The notes below the pieces were generated by a model. It was not told where the DNA came from. It did no database searches and saw nothing but the letters and a program-made list of their open reading frames with translations. Below, in pieces: positions 35,081-49,235 of a stretch of 64,000 bases of DNA. This DNA comes from Squalus acanthias. Its lineage: Eukaryota. The stretch spans positions 43,464,001 through 43,528,000 of the forward strand of contig CM059432.1 of NCBI GenBank assembly GCA_030390025.1, written 5' to 3'. The translations under genes and the position numbers were made by a program. Within the stretch, counting starts at the first letter, position 1, and every line of letters begins with the position of its first letter.

Positions 35081-37240
35081 GTCCTGGGACCCTCATCCTC
35101 CAGGATCGCGACCCTCTTCTCCCTGCAATTTACCTTGCTGGCGACTACCCCGGCCCAATCTTGAGGCTTCAATCCAGTAAGCTGCATCAGGACCCCGGTC
35201 AAATTTAAAGGAGGCCAGGGCCTCAAAATCACAGGGGCCTCTTTGCCGCTGGAATAGGCGACCAACCAGCTTGTTCCGCCGGTCGATCAACCAAAAGTCA
35301 AAATCGACCCCTTGGTATTAAAGCAAATGTGTCACATGGATAGGAAGTCGATTAAAGGACAGAAAACAAAGACTTGTGGTTAATGGATATTTTTTGGACT
35401 GATTGGATGTAAACAGTGTTGGGACCATTGCTGTTCTCAATTTATATGTAAATAAACTCAAGTGTAAATGGCATAATATCAACATTTTCAGATAACACAC
35501 AATAGGGGATATTGTTAACTGAAAATGGACTGTAAGAGACTCCAGGAGGACATAAACAGGGTGTAGATTGGGAAGATAAATGTCAAATGAAATTTAATGT
35601 GGAGAAATGCAAGGTTATGTATTTTAGCAGGAAGAATAAAAAGTTAAAATATACAGTAAATGTTAACATTTTTAACACATCTATCATATTACCCTGTAAT
35701 CTATGTTGTTCTAACAAAGGAAGACCCAATTTGTGCATCCTGCGTTGCTTCATGACATGCTCATAGACTCTGGTTTCTGCCTCCACATTTGTTTTGCCTT
35801 CGCTTGTTTTTTGGCAGGCACTTACTTTGCTCCTGACAGTTATGGGAAAGGATGAAAGATATCTTTCAAATATTTGCAGCCTTTGGAAAAGCTGAAGCAA
35901 TTTCTTTGCTTCATACATGAGCACTTACCTTCAAGTGGCCACATCCCTTTAAATAGTCCTTTTAAGGACAAGTACCTCTGCCCACCGCCCCCAACTTTGG
36001 TGAGCTCCCAAACCAGGCTCAATAGCGGCTGAGAGCATGGCTAATTAGGGCTGATGCCAGGAATTTCTGCAAAGTTGGTCTTGCAGGATGTCAATGAGCA
36101 CTCGGCTCGCTTTGTTCTGGTTCTCTATTTTAGTGCCAGGACTGGAAAACCAACACTATTGAATTCTTGGCTCCATGGGTGTGGGTTGCAGTGCAATATC
36201 TTACGAGATTGGCCATTATTCATGTATGAGCTTTGACAGTGGATGTGACCAGGGTGTTTGACCACAGGAGCATCACAGGTGAGCCTGATCCTAGCCTTTA
36301 TAGCATATCCTCACACAGACAATGCCAGCAGGAGCTACTGAATAGTGATTAGGATTGCCTGATTTTCATTTCCCTATCGCAGAGATGCTGATGCCAATTG
36401 TAGGACCCTTACTGCTGTCTCCACTAAAATCATCTAATTTAGTACAAATTGCAGATCAATCCTGGGCTATTCTGGTCTGTATGGTTGAGCTACTTCCTGG
36501 ATAAAATCAGAGTCATTAAGGTACTGAATAAAATAGGCTTTCAGTAGTAGTTAGAGCACAGAAGTAATTCTAATTCTATTTTTTTTTTAAAACACTACAC
36601 TAAAGTAGAATAGGGTAGGAATTCAAATTACCAGGAGGACATACCGGGTGCAACCTTATAAAGGATGTGATTAAATGAGTATACATCATACAGATACAGT
36701 AGATGGAAGGATTTGTCAGTGGGAAAAAAATTTAAGAATGCAAAGATAGGAACACTTAAGGAAAAAGTTGCTGCTACAAGGTATATCCTGCTGCATAATA
36801 CGCATTCAAAGTATTGAGATTGTGTGAGGGGAATGAATCCTAGATGTCACGCATAGGTCGCGCACAGCATTAATATAAGACTATCTGGAATCTTGGCAGG
36901 CAAATGTGTATTTGGAAAATTTAGACTATAGTTTAATCAAGCCATGATATTTTATGTGTCTGTGTCTGAAATTATTCATGCTGAATCATTTTAAGAACCA
37001 GCATTTGAGCCAGCTCCAATAGCACTTACTTATTGAACACATCTAAGGGACTAGGGCTCAAACTCGGGTTTGATTGATGCTGAGGCAAATGATGATTTTG
37101 CCACATATTGCTTAGGCATCAGTAGGAGGATGGGAAAATGGTATTAGTACACTTCTCATGTAGGTCTATTGGGTTGGCAAAGAAGCACTTTGACTGTCCA
37201 GGATAAGTTGTGCTGATCAAATGGTTCTATTTGTCTTGAA

Positions 37241-37690
37241 GTGTCAGCTGTGGCTCAGTGGGTAGTACCCTCGCTCTGAGTCAGAAGGTTGTGGGTTCAT
37301 GTCCCACTCCAGAGACTTGAGCACAAAAATCTAGGTTGACACTCCAGTGCAATACTGAGGGAGTCAGAGGTGCAGTCTTTTGGATGACACGTTAAACCAA
37401 GGCCCTGTCTGCCCTCTCAAGTGGATGTAAAAGATCCCATGGCACTATTTTGAAGAAGAGCAGGGGAGTTATCCCCGTTGTACTAGTCAATATTTATCCT
37501 TCAATCAACATCACTAAAAACAGATTATCTGGTCATTATCACATTGCTGTTTGTGGGAGTTTGCTGTGCACACATTGGCTGCCACATTTCCTACATCACA
37601 ACAGTGACTACACTTCAAAAAGTATTTCATTTGCTGTAAAGCGCTTTGGGATGTCCGGTGGTCATGAAAGGCGATATATAAATGCAAGTT
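37241..37690 (+). mobile_element. Full-length DeuSINE (SacSINE1-like; tRNA head, Deu core, L2-like tail)
   Basis: A box tggctcagtggg, B-box-like gggttcatgtccc; taaaagatcccatggcact; tail aaggcgatatataaatgcaagt. Confidence 0.8.
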
Positions 37691-38867
37691 TTTTGCTGAG
37701 TAAAAATGGTAGCATAAATGAGAAGAGATAAGTCAACAAGTGGAAATGTGGAAAATTACAGTTAAAATAATTGAAATTCAAGCATAACGTTAAGCCCAAT
37801 ATTAACTATACATGAAGCAGATCGACAATCGGGAACAACATACTAATCTCATTAATCTGGCATGTTTAGTCTTACAGCAAACGAATGGCTGCCAGTGGCT
37901 TGTTTCTGATCGGATTCCCCGTTGGCACGACTCTCCAACTTTCTTGAACTAAGCAGTTAAATAGAACTTCGATTAAAAATGTTTCTCTATAATCATTGCA
38001 ATAGGGCTAATTTGAACATATTTTTCACTCTTCCTCCAGCATGGGGTATATTTTCCTCTTCAGCGGTAAACCCACCAGCACTGTGGTGGGTGGGCTTTGT
38101 GACCACCCATGACCCATGACACTGACCTAGCAGGTTTTTCTTGGACCAGCCAATTTAAGTATTACTGGGTAGGTTACAACAGGTTTTCTAAGAAGCCTGC
38201 TTGGGGGTTGGGATGGAGGGGGTGAGTGGGAGTTGGGAGGGGATGAGTGGGGGGTGGGGGGCATTGGAATCAGAGGAAAGTTATTTTTGCAGGCTCTGGT
38301 TGTCAATAGCAGTGGATGCTGGCTGGCTGCCTCTGGGGGAGCTGCAGCTGTCCTTGAATTTAAAAAAATTTAAATTTCTTGTACTGGCTGAGTACAATTC
38401 TATGACCAACTGCACAAGTCTTCTAAAGGTATTTAAAATTTAAACCCAACCACTGCCTCTTTAGCAATGCAGCATAGCGCAACACAGTGGCCCAGTATTG
38501 CAAAGGAGTTAATGAAGGAAAATATATCAGATGATATATTTCCTTCATTTACACAATGTTTCAACACACCTGCATATTTAATGCACTCTATCACTTATGG
38601 AGGGAAGTACCAGCAGTTGCAGGGATCAGCAGGGAGCTGGCAAAATGGCTCCCTTGCCATTTCCCTTCCTCATCCACCCCAATACCACTGTAAAATGGTC
38701 AGTAAAGGGGAGTAAACTCTAGTCAATAAGTCAAAAATAAACATTGTACTAACTATTTCAAATTAAAAAAAAGATATTGATCTATTTCTTGGTACTATTT
38801 ATGTTTATCTCTGTGAAGCACTTTAGAATATTTTATTTTAATAAAGGCACAATATAAGTGTAATCCT

Positions 38868-39040
38868 TACATAGAATCAACAGCACAGAAACAGGCCATT
38901 CGGCCCAATTGGTCTATGCCGGCGTTCATGCTCCACACGAGCCTCCTCCCACCCCTCTTTATCTAACGCTATTAGCATATCATTCTATTCCTTTCTATTC
39001 TTTTCTCCCTCATGCTTATCTAGGTTCCCCTTAAATGCAA
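38868..39040 (-). mobile_element. CR1-type 3' tail fragment
   Basis: catagaatcaacagcacagaaacaggccattcggccc. Confidence 0.6.
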
Positions 39041-39275
39041 ATTTATCTGATGTTTTACAAAAATTGTTTACAAAACCTCTTTTTTTATATTCTGCTTCTG
39101 CTCTCTCAACCTCTCGCCATTTAAATTCTCCATCAGATAATGGAAGTACCCACCATTCTTTTCCATCTGTCTCCCTAGTATTTATCTCAATCTGTTTAAT
39201 CTGCCTCAACCATTCAGTTGTCTCTCAAGGTCTGAAAATCCAGGGAAAAAACAGGAAGCTGTAAATACTCTGCAA

Positions 39276-41762
39276 GTCAGTCTGTGGCTCAGTTGGTAGC
39301 ACACTCCCCTCTGAGTCAGAAGGTTGTGGGTTCAAGTCCCACTCCAGGGACTTGAGCACAAAAAACTAGGCTGACACTCCAGTGCCGAGGGAGTGCTGCG
39401 CTGTCGGAGGTGCCGTCTTTCGGATGAGACGTTAAACCGAGGCCCCGTCTGCTCTCTCAGATGGATGTAAAAGATCCCATGGCACTATTTCGAATAAGAG
39501 CAGGGGAGTTATCCCCAGTGTTCTGGCCAATATTTCTCCCTCAATCAACATAATAAAAACAGATAATAATAAGAACATAAGAAATAGGAGCAGGAATAGG
39601 CCAATTGGCCCCTCGAGCCTGCTCCACCATTCAATAAGATCATGGCTGATCTGATCCTAACCACCAATCTACTATCACAGAACCATCTCCTGAACCTAAC
39701 AGAATTGGACACACGAAATAGGAGCAGGATCAGGCTACACGGCCCCTGGGCCCGCTACGCTACCCACAGGGCCATGACCGATCCGAACCTAGACTCATGT
39801 CCAAATTCCTGCCCGCTCCCCGTAACCCTTAATTCCCTTTACTTCCAGGAAACTGTCTATTTCTGTTTTAAATTTATGTAATGATGTAGCTTCTACAGCT
39901 TTTTGGGGCAGCATATTCCATGGACCTACCACCCTCTGAGTGAAGTAGTTCCTTCTCATCTCAGTTTTGAAAGAGCAGCCCCTTATTCTAAGACTATGCC
40001 CCCTAGTTCTAGTTTCACCCATCATCGGGAACATCCTCCCCACATCCACCCGATCCAACCCCTTCACAATCTTATATGTTTCAGTAAGATCGCCTCTCAT
40101 TCTTCTGAACTCCAATGAGTAGAGTCCCAATCTACCCAACCTCTCCTCATATGTCCATCCCCTCATCCCCGGGATTAACTGAGTGAACCTTCTTTGTACT
40201 GACTCGAGAGCAAGTATGTCTTTTCTTAAGTATGGACACCAAAACTGTATGCAGTATTCCAGGTGCGGTCTCACCAATACCTTGTACAACTGAAGCAATA
40301 CCTCCCTATTTTTATATTCTATCCCCCTAGCAATGAAAGCCAACATTCCATTGGCCTTCTTAATCACTTGCTGCACCTGCATACTAACCTTTTGAGTTTT
40401 GTGCACCAGGACCCCCAGATCCCTTTGTACTTCAGTACTTTCCAGTTTCTTGCCATTAAGATAATAACTTGCTCTACTATTTTTCCTGCCAAAGTGCATA
40501 ACCTCACACTTTCCAGTATTGTATTCCATCTGCCAAATCTCTGCCCACTTACTTAGCCTGTCTATGTCCCCTTGCAGATTTTTTATGTCCTCCTCACTCA
40601 CTACTTTCCCTCCCATCTTAGTATCATCTGCAAACTTTGATATGTTACACTCGGTCTCCTCCTCCAAATTGTTAATATAGATTGTAAAGAGTTGGGGACC
40701 CAGCACTGACCCCTGCGGAACACCGCTAGTTACTGATTGCCAGTCTGAGAATGAACCATTTAACCCAACTCTCTGCCTTCTGTTAGATAGCCAATCCTCT
40801 ATCCATGCCAGAATATTACCCCCAATCCCGTGATTTTTTATCTTAAGCAATAATCTTTTGTGTGGCACCTTGTCAAATGCCTTTTGGAAGTCTAAGTACA
40901 CCACATCCACTGGTTCCCCTTTATCCACCCTGTATGTTACTTCCTCAAAGAACTCCAGCAAATTTGTCAAACATGACTTCCCCTTCATAAAACCATGCTG
41001 ACTTTGTCCTATTAAATTATGATTATCCAAATGTCCCGTTACTGTCTCCTTAATAATGGACTCCAAAATTTTACCTACCACAGATGTTAGGCTAACTGGT
41101 CTATAGTTTCCAGCCTTCTGTCTTCTGCCCTTTTTAAATAAGGGTGTTACATTAGCAGTTTTCCAGTCTGCCGGGATCTTTGCTGAGTCCAGGGAGTTTT
41201 GGAAAATTATTACCAATGCATCCACAATCCCTACCGCCACTTCCCTCAAGACCCTAGGATGTAAGCCATCAGGTCCAGGTGATTTATCCGCCTTGAGTCC
41301 CATTATTTTACCGAGTACCACTTCCTTAGTGATTTTGATCGTGTTTAGCTCCTCCCCCCCTATAGCCCCCTGTTTGTCCAGTGTTGGGATATTCTTAGTG
41401 TCCTCTACTGTAAAGACTGATACAAAATATTCATTCAGTATATTTGCCATCTCCATATTTCCCACCATTAATTTCCCAGTCTCATCCTCTAAGGGACCAA
41501 CATTTACTTTAGCCACCCTTTTTCTTTTTATATAACTATAAAAACTCTTACTATCTGTTTTTATATTTTTTGCTAATTTACTTTCTTAATCTATCTGGTC
41601 ATTTTCACATTGCTTTTTGTGGGAGCTTGCTGTCTGCAAATTGGCTGCCACGTTTCCCACATTACAACAGTGACTCCACTTCAAAAGTACCTCATTGGCT
41701 GTAAAGCGCTTTGAGACGTCCGGTGGTCATGAAAGGCACTGTATAAATGCAAGCTTTTCTTT
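39276..41762 (+). mobile_element. DeuSINE split by a CR1 insertion (halves 39276-39563 and ~41592-41762)
   Basis: The two halves join into the same sequence as 37241-37690. Confidence 0.8.
39564..41590 (-). mobile_element. Young 5'-truncated CR1 with an uninterrupted 573-aa ORF2 RT portion (39795-41516)
   Basis: KSPGPDG, NYRPVSLTS, GVPQGSVLGP, KFADD all in one open frame. Confidence 0.95.
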
Positions 41763-43899
41763 TAAGACCCTATGTCGACTGACTTGACATTGTATTTTCA
41801 TTGCAGCCCTGGCAGCTTGTATTAGGCTACAGTTAGCTGACTTCTGAGAAAAGATGAGACTCTGAGCTTTATTAGAAAAGGAAATCAGTTGGTTGGCAGA
41901 ATAACCCACTCATAAGGATTATTCGGTAAATTCAAACGTTTGGTTCAGGTTTGGTTTTGGAGAATTGAAATATGGTGCTCCAAAGGGTGCTGAATGCCCA
42001 CAGAACAGCAGCACAGCAAGGATTTACTGGACTGGATACCATCTGAAATGGGGTCGTATAGCAGCGTAGAATGAAGCAAAATCTGCTGGTGAGATCTGTT
42101 GCTGCCTTATCGCCCCACCTGAATTTCCTGCTTCTGCTGGAGTGCCTGCAAGTGCCAATGGGATGGAGGGGGAATCCTCAGCCCTGTCCCATTTCCATTA
42201 TGTCCGTTCCACTTATCGCCACTTCCCAGGATCGCCATGTGCAAGGTGGCAGTGGGCTTGGAATAGGGGCTGTAGTGGCCCGAAGGTATGGAATGGAGGG
42301 AGCAGGTCTAATAGAGGCCTCCTCTCCCTCCATATAGGCCTACAAGGCTGCAGCTCCCCTAACCTTTGGGGCTCTTCTGCCCCTTTAAAGTCTTGGCCGC
42401 CTCTTCTAGTGCTGTAGCAGAGGTCGCGCAGCACTATTGCCGGGGTTTTGAGGCTGGGCACGAGATGCATAATCAATGACCCCTGACCCTTGAAAATGGG
42501 TCAGAGTTGGGCAGAGTTGGAGGGATGGGAAAAAAAGTCTCGCCTCAAATCTATTCTCTCCCAAAGAGTAGAATCCTGCCCAATGCTGTCAGGTGAGGAG
42601 GGAAGAAGATTTGTTGTGAAAATTGGCAAGGTACAAAATACAGTACACAATCTCTTGGTTTCTCTTCTCTCAAATTAATGGGGGGAAAAATTTGAATATA
42701 ACTCAAAATATCATTATTGTACCAATCAATATAAATTTTGCCAGAGAATTTATAGTATTGCACTGCAGAAATTGGTAAACCTTTGCTGTATAGTTTTTAA
42801 TTTCCCCCAGAAGATCCTGGTGGGCTTAATCATAAAATTAAAAATGACTTTTGTGACAAGAGAAACTCCATTTATTAATGAAGCCAGGATCCAAGTGGAT
42901 GCCTGTGCCTCCACCTCAAATAACCATCAGTGAATGAAAAAGTGTAAGCAGGAATGGGTGACATCACCAGTAATTTGCTATAATGATGATGTTGCTGACG
43001 TTAGGACAAGATTTGATGGTAGTCACATTTCCAATGCTGGACAGGATTTTGTTTCTTATATTCAGGCTTCATTGGTGAACTTGTATATGATGAATGTTTT
43101 GATTTTGATTTCTGCATATGCCAAAGTTTTGTGACTTGGATGAAAAATGTGCACGCTCTGTGTATAGAGCCGGACAGAAATTATGCCAATCACTAGCATG
43201 TGCTTGCAGCTATCTCTACTCATCATGAGCAGCATTACTGAAAGGAAACTAATGATTCTGCATGGGTAGGCTGTCCCACTGGATAATAAACTGGTTTTAC
43301 TTTTTACTGAATCAAAGCCCGAGAGCTTGTGTAGAAAATGAGATGGGATTTGTTTTCATCCAAAAAGTGAAAAGAACAGACAAATGTCCAAGCATTTCTG
43401 AATGTGCAAGATTAAAAAGTTGTCCTTTTGGTAATAGGTGTATAAAAGGTGTAAATTTTAGAAGGTATGCATTTCGTTTTGTTGCATTCTTTGAAAATGC
43501 CATTTACCGCAAAACTTACCGTAGCCTAACTGAAGCATCCGATAATGTAAATGTGATGAGCATAACCTCTGAAACACAGACTTCTTGAAGCATAACATTT
43601 GAATGCACAACACAGGAAAAGTCTCCTCACAAGGATTCAATTGACATAAGGCGAGCTCTAATTGTGCAGATTCTAAACTAGACATATTACATTAGAAACC
43701 TGTTGTAGGCAGTGGGCAAAATGTTATTTCTAACCAGAACTGAATATAATGGAATCACTATTTATGCTATAATACTACTAGTATGAAATGATGCCTTGAG
43801 GTGCTGGAATCTAAGCAACAGCATGTATGGGAATCGTGCCAAGTACTTTTCAACTCTTTGGAAGTGAGTACCCATGCTAAAATTTAATTGCAAAGCAAT

Positions 43900-44656
43900 G
43901 GGCCATATTTTCCGATCGGAGTCTTCCTGCGTGCGGAGGCCTCCAATCTGGAAAAAATCTACGGACTTACCTGAGGGCTCCCGAGGTCCGGACACTTCCG
44001 CTCCTCGGCCTCTCCAACTCGAAATGTGCAGGGCCCACATTTCCCAGGGGTGCATGTGGTTCATAAGCATCCCTGGGATCACGTGGGCCATGGGGAGCCA
44101 GTCAAAGAAGGGAATCTCCCTTCATACACTTGACAGATAGACCTGTCAAATATATGAATGGAGATCACCCCAAAAACACTTTAAAACATTAAATACATTA
44201 TTTTTTTAATCACATTTTTAAAATTAGTTGAAATTACAATAAATTAAATATTTTAAACAAATTTAATTTTTTTGAAAAAAATAATTAAAGTTTTTTACGG
44301 GGCTAAAAATAAACTTACCTTTTTTAAAGTATTTTTAAATGATAAATGAGTGAAAACATTGTTTTTTTAATTTTTTTCAAATCTTATGCTGCTAAAAGCA
44401 GGCCTTATGCCTGCTTTTACCAGGCATAAGATTTCTAAGGGTTTTCTGCAGGCAGAAGTTCTCCAGAAAGCGGAACTATCCACCTGCAGAGGCCCTTCTA
44501 CAGGGCAGGCGTCCGATCGGTCAAGAGCATTCTTGACAGATTGGAAATGCCGGTTTTCAGCGCATGAGCTTCGCATGCCTGAAACCGGCATTTCCGATGT
44601 CCCTACGGGTGTGTACACAGCTCGTACACACCCGTAGGGATCGGAATATACGGCCC
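43900..44656. mobile_element. MITE (probably Harbinger-type)
   Basis: TIRs gggccatattttccgatc / gatcggaatatacggccc; AT-rich core; TSD not clean. Confidence 0.65.
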
Positions 44657-44679
44657 ATAATGTTTTAAAAATTAAGTTG

Positions 44680-46000
44680 GTTGAGTGGTGAAATGCATTG
44701 GAGATCCAGAGTGGCGGAATGTGGTTTGTGCCAGCAATTCTTCACATGGTGAGTCCTTAATGTATTGTCAGATGGAGGTCAGACGCTTCACCACAGGGCG
44801 AGGATATCAGAGGATGACTCAGCCTCGGCCACTCTCACAAATCTCCTGGCCAATATTGCAGAACCGTTTTGGCAGGACCTTGGGGCCAGAGATTGTCTCC
44901 TTGCTCACTGTCTTCTTTCTCCTTCCATAGAAGGAGGTCAACACCTTCTATCTCTTAATAGGGAATGTAGGCCCTTGACATTCCAAGGATTTATCCTTAA
45001 TCTATGGCATCTACTACGGTTGGTATGCATAAAAAATTTAGTTGGGCTGGGTCCTGAATTAACATCGCTATTCACCAGCTCTTTTGCATGGAGAACAGAA
45101 TTAGAACAATATTTTCCTAACTTAATGAAGTTTCCTATTAAATATTTGAAAAATCTAACAGTTCCACTCACCCCCATCTTCACTCCCTGACTGGTCTGGT
45201 GCTGATTCTATATTCTGATCTGAATTCCGAGAAGCAGGTTTGCTGTGATACACTGAGCACTTTGAGTGGTTGATCGACTGTCGAGTCATCAGTCACTGCT
45301 GCTCAGTGCTCTTTTGGGAAGAAACTGCTCACTGCGTCAGCCCCTATTTAATTAATTTTAAAAATCAGTCTCTGCATCTAGTGATAAAAACAGGCTTACA
45401 GCAGCTATTGGATAGATTCCCAGATGTGCCAGGTGCCATACCCAACCTTTTTATCCCACAAAACACGTTTGACCGGGTCATATTCTATATGGTGATCCAG
45501 AAGCTCTGGCTGTAAATCATCATAAACAAGATTCTCTTCTTTTGCCAGTTCAGATTTCCCATCTCTGTTGTTTCTCAAAGGACATTATCTGCATTTGGAA
45601 AAAATGCAAAGTGAATCATGAAGTTCCCCCCCACCCCCAGCTTGAACCATTAGAGCAGGCAGCCAGGGTCCAACGTATATGGTCGATCTGCCTCTTCCAA
45701 AATGCCAAAAACACAAATATTAATGAAGCTGTATCTTTTTTTCAGGTCATCAAATGTTCTAGCTTTTCTTCGAGACTAATGAGAGTATTTACATAATAAA
45801 AGTGGTCCTCTGCTACTTCCAGGGAATACTCAGCCGTACAATCTGTTAGTTTTATTTCACTCATTTCAGCAGTTAACTTGGTCATATTAGCAGCCATTTC
45901 AGGTCTGATGTCCCTGATTTTGGCCAGGACAGTTATAGAAATCAACATCTACAGGTCTTTAGCCATATTCCCCAGCTCCTCTGCATCAGCGAGTTTTAAT
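44680..46000 (-). mobile_element. Highly degenerate L1-clade LINE (ORF1 coiled coil/C-terminus and start of APE endonuclease)
   Basis: RINPWNVKGLHS resembles the APE N-terminal WNVKGL; coiled-coil ORF 45742-45948; ILVYDDLQPELL...VKRVL resembles L1 ORF1 C-terminus. Confidence 0.5.
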
Positions 46001-47630
46001 GTCTCTAATGTGAGATTTCATTGAACATGAAGTTTTCATCCTGACTGCAATGCATATTTGCCATTTGCCAGCTGGCTAATCTGGGTCTCAACTGCATTTC
46101 TTCCCCTTTCCTTACCATCAAGAAAAGTCAATATTTACACCACGTTATTATTTTATGTGAACTTTTTCTCCCATTTTGAGTTACTTTTTCTCAGTTCTCT
46201 ACCTGTTTCTTTGCGATAAAAGCTATTCCTTTGCTGAAGAATAGGTAAGCAACCTACTCTCAGGCCTGTGTTTCCAGGGCTTTTGAGGCTCCTGGTGAGA
46301 TGTGCAGGCTGATCGTGCCTGCGATTTCCTTTTCTGTGAGCAACACTTTGCCTCCACCAGTACACAGCCCTGATAACCAAGATTGGAAAGCCACCATGTG
46401 GGGAACTGCAGCTGAAAGCCAGCATCCTATAGCTCATTTGCACAATGCTTTGAAGCATCAACATCTTGAGTCACTGACTGCGAGGTGCCCTGTTCCAGTA
46501 ATTGCACACAAAAATCAGACACCCTCTTTCACTTTGGCTTATGACAGGATTGTCTGCTGCTCCAATAGGAACAAAGCCCAAGATACCATAGCACATTTAT
46601 TTTGTAAACAGAATTATCAGTAAGGAAATGTCCCCCAAAGCACACATTGATATGAATAAATATGGAACTAGACAGCTACATATACATCAAGGATAATTTA
46701 CTGGTTTTCACACCTCGCAGCAAGCCTTACCCACCAGAAGAGCCTATCAGACATTTTGCATGTGATGCATGATTTTCCGACTATTAATGGTGGGGAAAAT
46801 CATTGGCAACATGTGCCCAAAACTGTGATATGTACCCGCTTCGGACAACGCTCCCCACCGGTAACATTGTCCGAAAATTACCCCAATGCACACGCGCACA
46901 CATACAACATATGCAGCTTCACTCGAATGTATCAGACAAGGATTCCATCACATGTTTAGGCCAATGAGTCTCCTAGACTGCAGCATGCAATCATTGAAAT
47001 CAGCTGTACTGTAACTGAAGGTGTCTGGCCAAGGAATTTAAGCCATTATGATCATGTTACTCAATTCACGTCTGGAACACAATTTATGCCAAAAGCTTTT
47101 TCACAGTAGCTATAGGCAGATGTAAAATAACTTAAGGTTTCAAATGCAACTTTAAAAAAAAATCAGCCGATGGCAACATTTAGTCAATGCACATTAATAA
47201 AATGGTCAGAACATAACCCTTTTTAAAAAAAAAAAACTATCCTTAATATAATTGGACCGTTTGACAAGCACTTTGGTTTTTGGCGGCAAAATAAGAATAC
47301 ATTTAACTATCTAAAGAGATTATTTTCCTCTACTGCCAATTCCCATGTATGAGGCAGACTTGCTATCGTTCAATCACACTCTCTAGACAATTTTGCTAAA
47401 CAAATGTTAATTGGAGATTTGAAAAATGGTAAGATTGTTATCATGAAGCTATAATTACACTTTCTGGAACAGTATCAGTAAATTGCTAGTTGTCTGTGAA
47501 TGACAACAAATAGGACTCATCTTCTATTTTACAGACTGAGAAAGACTATGCAAAACAAAACCTTTATAACTCTACCTAAAGCTTGTGTTCCCACATCATC
47601 ATTTAGTTCTCTTTCATAGACAAAGACATT

Positions 47631-48161
47631 GGCCGGAATATTCCCCTAAAAAAAAATGGTGGGTTTGGAGCGTGGGGGCAGTTAAATTGTTAAAAATGGG
47701 ATTCCCGACTTGATCCCGCCTCCAACCCGCCCACTTCTGGCTTTGCCGGAGACGGGACAGGGGGTGGGCGACCAACCCACTCCCAGGGGGTGGAACGTCA
47801 ATTTAAATATTATATTGAGACTGGAAGCCTCTCTCCCCCCCTCTCTCGATACTCTCTCCCCCCCTCCCGATTCCTGACCCCAGCCAATCCTCTCCCCACC
47901 CCCCCCCCCACCCCAATCCCCGACCCCAGCCAATCCTCTCCCTCCTCCCAATCCCTGACCCCTGCTGATTGCCACTTCACCCTCCCGCAAACCCTCCCCC
48001 GGACCGGCCCCTCACTTCTGAGGCCTACCCGCCCGCAGCCAGCCATCCTTTCAATCTGGCTGGCTGTGGGCGAGAATCCAAGGCCTCGCGTTCAATTCAG
48101 GCCCTGCCACCTCAGAGGCCCCCCCCGGTCCCAACCCGCCTCCCTTGAGAAAATTCCGGCC
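47631..48161. mobile_element. MITE with C-rich internal repeats
   Basis: TIRs ggccggaatattc / gaaaattccggcc; flanks att/gtt. Confidence 0.65.
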
Positions 48162-48702
48162 GTTGAAAGATGCCTTATGAGCTACACAGGAATGACAAAG
48201 CCACTGCAAAAATGGCGAAAAGGCAGATGGAAAACCTGCCTATGTTTATAATAGTATTTTTACTTACCAATTCAAAAAAGCTGCTTTATATTCTAGTCAA
48301 TTTTTATTGTTCCCTTTACAAAGCTTATTATTCTCAGTTATTTACATTTTCATTTTTTTGTTCTACTTCCCGCAGTGGAGTTGTAGTATTTCCTTAAAGA
48401 TACAAAAGGGTTTGAATTTCCGCAGGGGTTCTTCTGATCATTCACTGTAACGTTGGTGGAAAATCCATAGAAACCCCAGAGTTTATGCCACTTTTCAAAC
48501 TTTCCACCAAAGTTACAGTGAACGATCGGAAGAACTCCCATAGAAATTTAACCCCATGTACTTTGGCCTAAAAATCCCATGCCGTTTTCACTGTAATTTC
48601 AGTATAAAATCTGCGCAAGTAAATTTTTTGGCAGCAGAATGAGGCAGATGCTCCTTTGCCCCAAAATCGACCCACCGGAATTCCCTTGCACTTATTGACA
48701 CT

Positions 48703-49235
48703 TATCTGAGGAAGGATGTTCTTGCCATGGTGAGAGTGCAGCGAAGATTCACCAGACTGATACCTGGGATGGCAGGAATGACATATGAGGAGAGATTGGG
48801 TCGATTGGGCTTATATTCGCTGGAGTTTAGAAGAATGAGAGGGGATCTCATTGAAACTTATAAAATTCTAACAGGACTAGACAGACTAGATGCAGGAAGG
48901 ATATTCCTGATGGCGGGGGAGTCCAGAACCAGGGGTCACATTCTAAGGATAAAGGGTAAGCCATTTAGGACTGAGATGAGGAGGAATTTCTTCACCCAGA
49001 GAGTGGTGAACCTGTGGAATTCTCTACCACAGAAGGCAGTTGAGGCCAATTCATTAAATATATTCAAGAAGGAGATAGATATATTTCTTAAGGCTAAAGG
49101 GATCAAGGGATATGGGGAGAAAGCAGGGACAGGGTACTGAATTTGGATGATCAGCCATGATCTCATTAAATGGAGGAGCAGGCTTGAGGGGCCGAATGGC
49201 CTACTCCTGCTCCTATCTTCTATGTTTCTATGTTT
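48703..49235 (+). mobile_element. CR1 3' fragment
   Basis: ORF 48727-49140 nearly identical to the C-terminus of ORF 54337-54987; tail ttctatgtttctatgttt. Confidence 0.92.

Noticed and set aside
37241..37312. tRNA gene (also at 39276 and 16889)
   Set aside because: A/B boxes continue directly into SINE body sequence; these are tRNA-derived SINE heads
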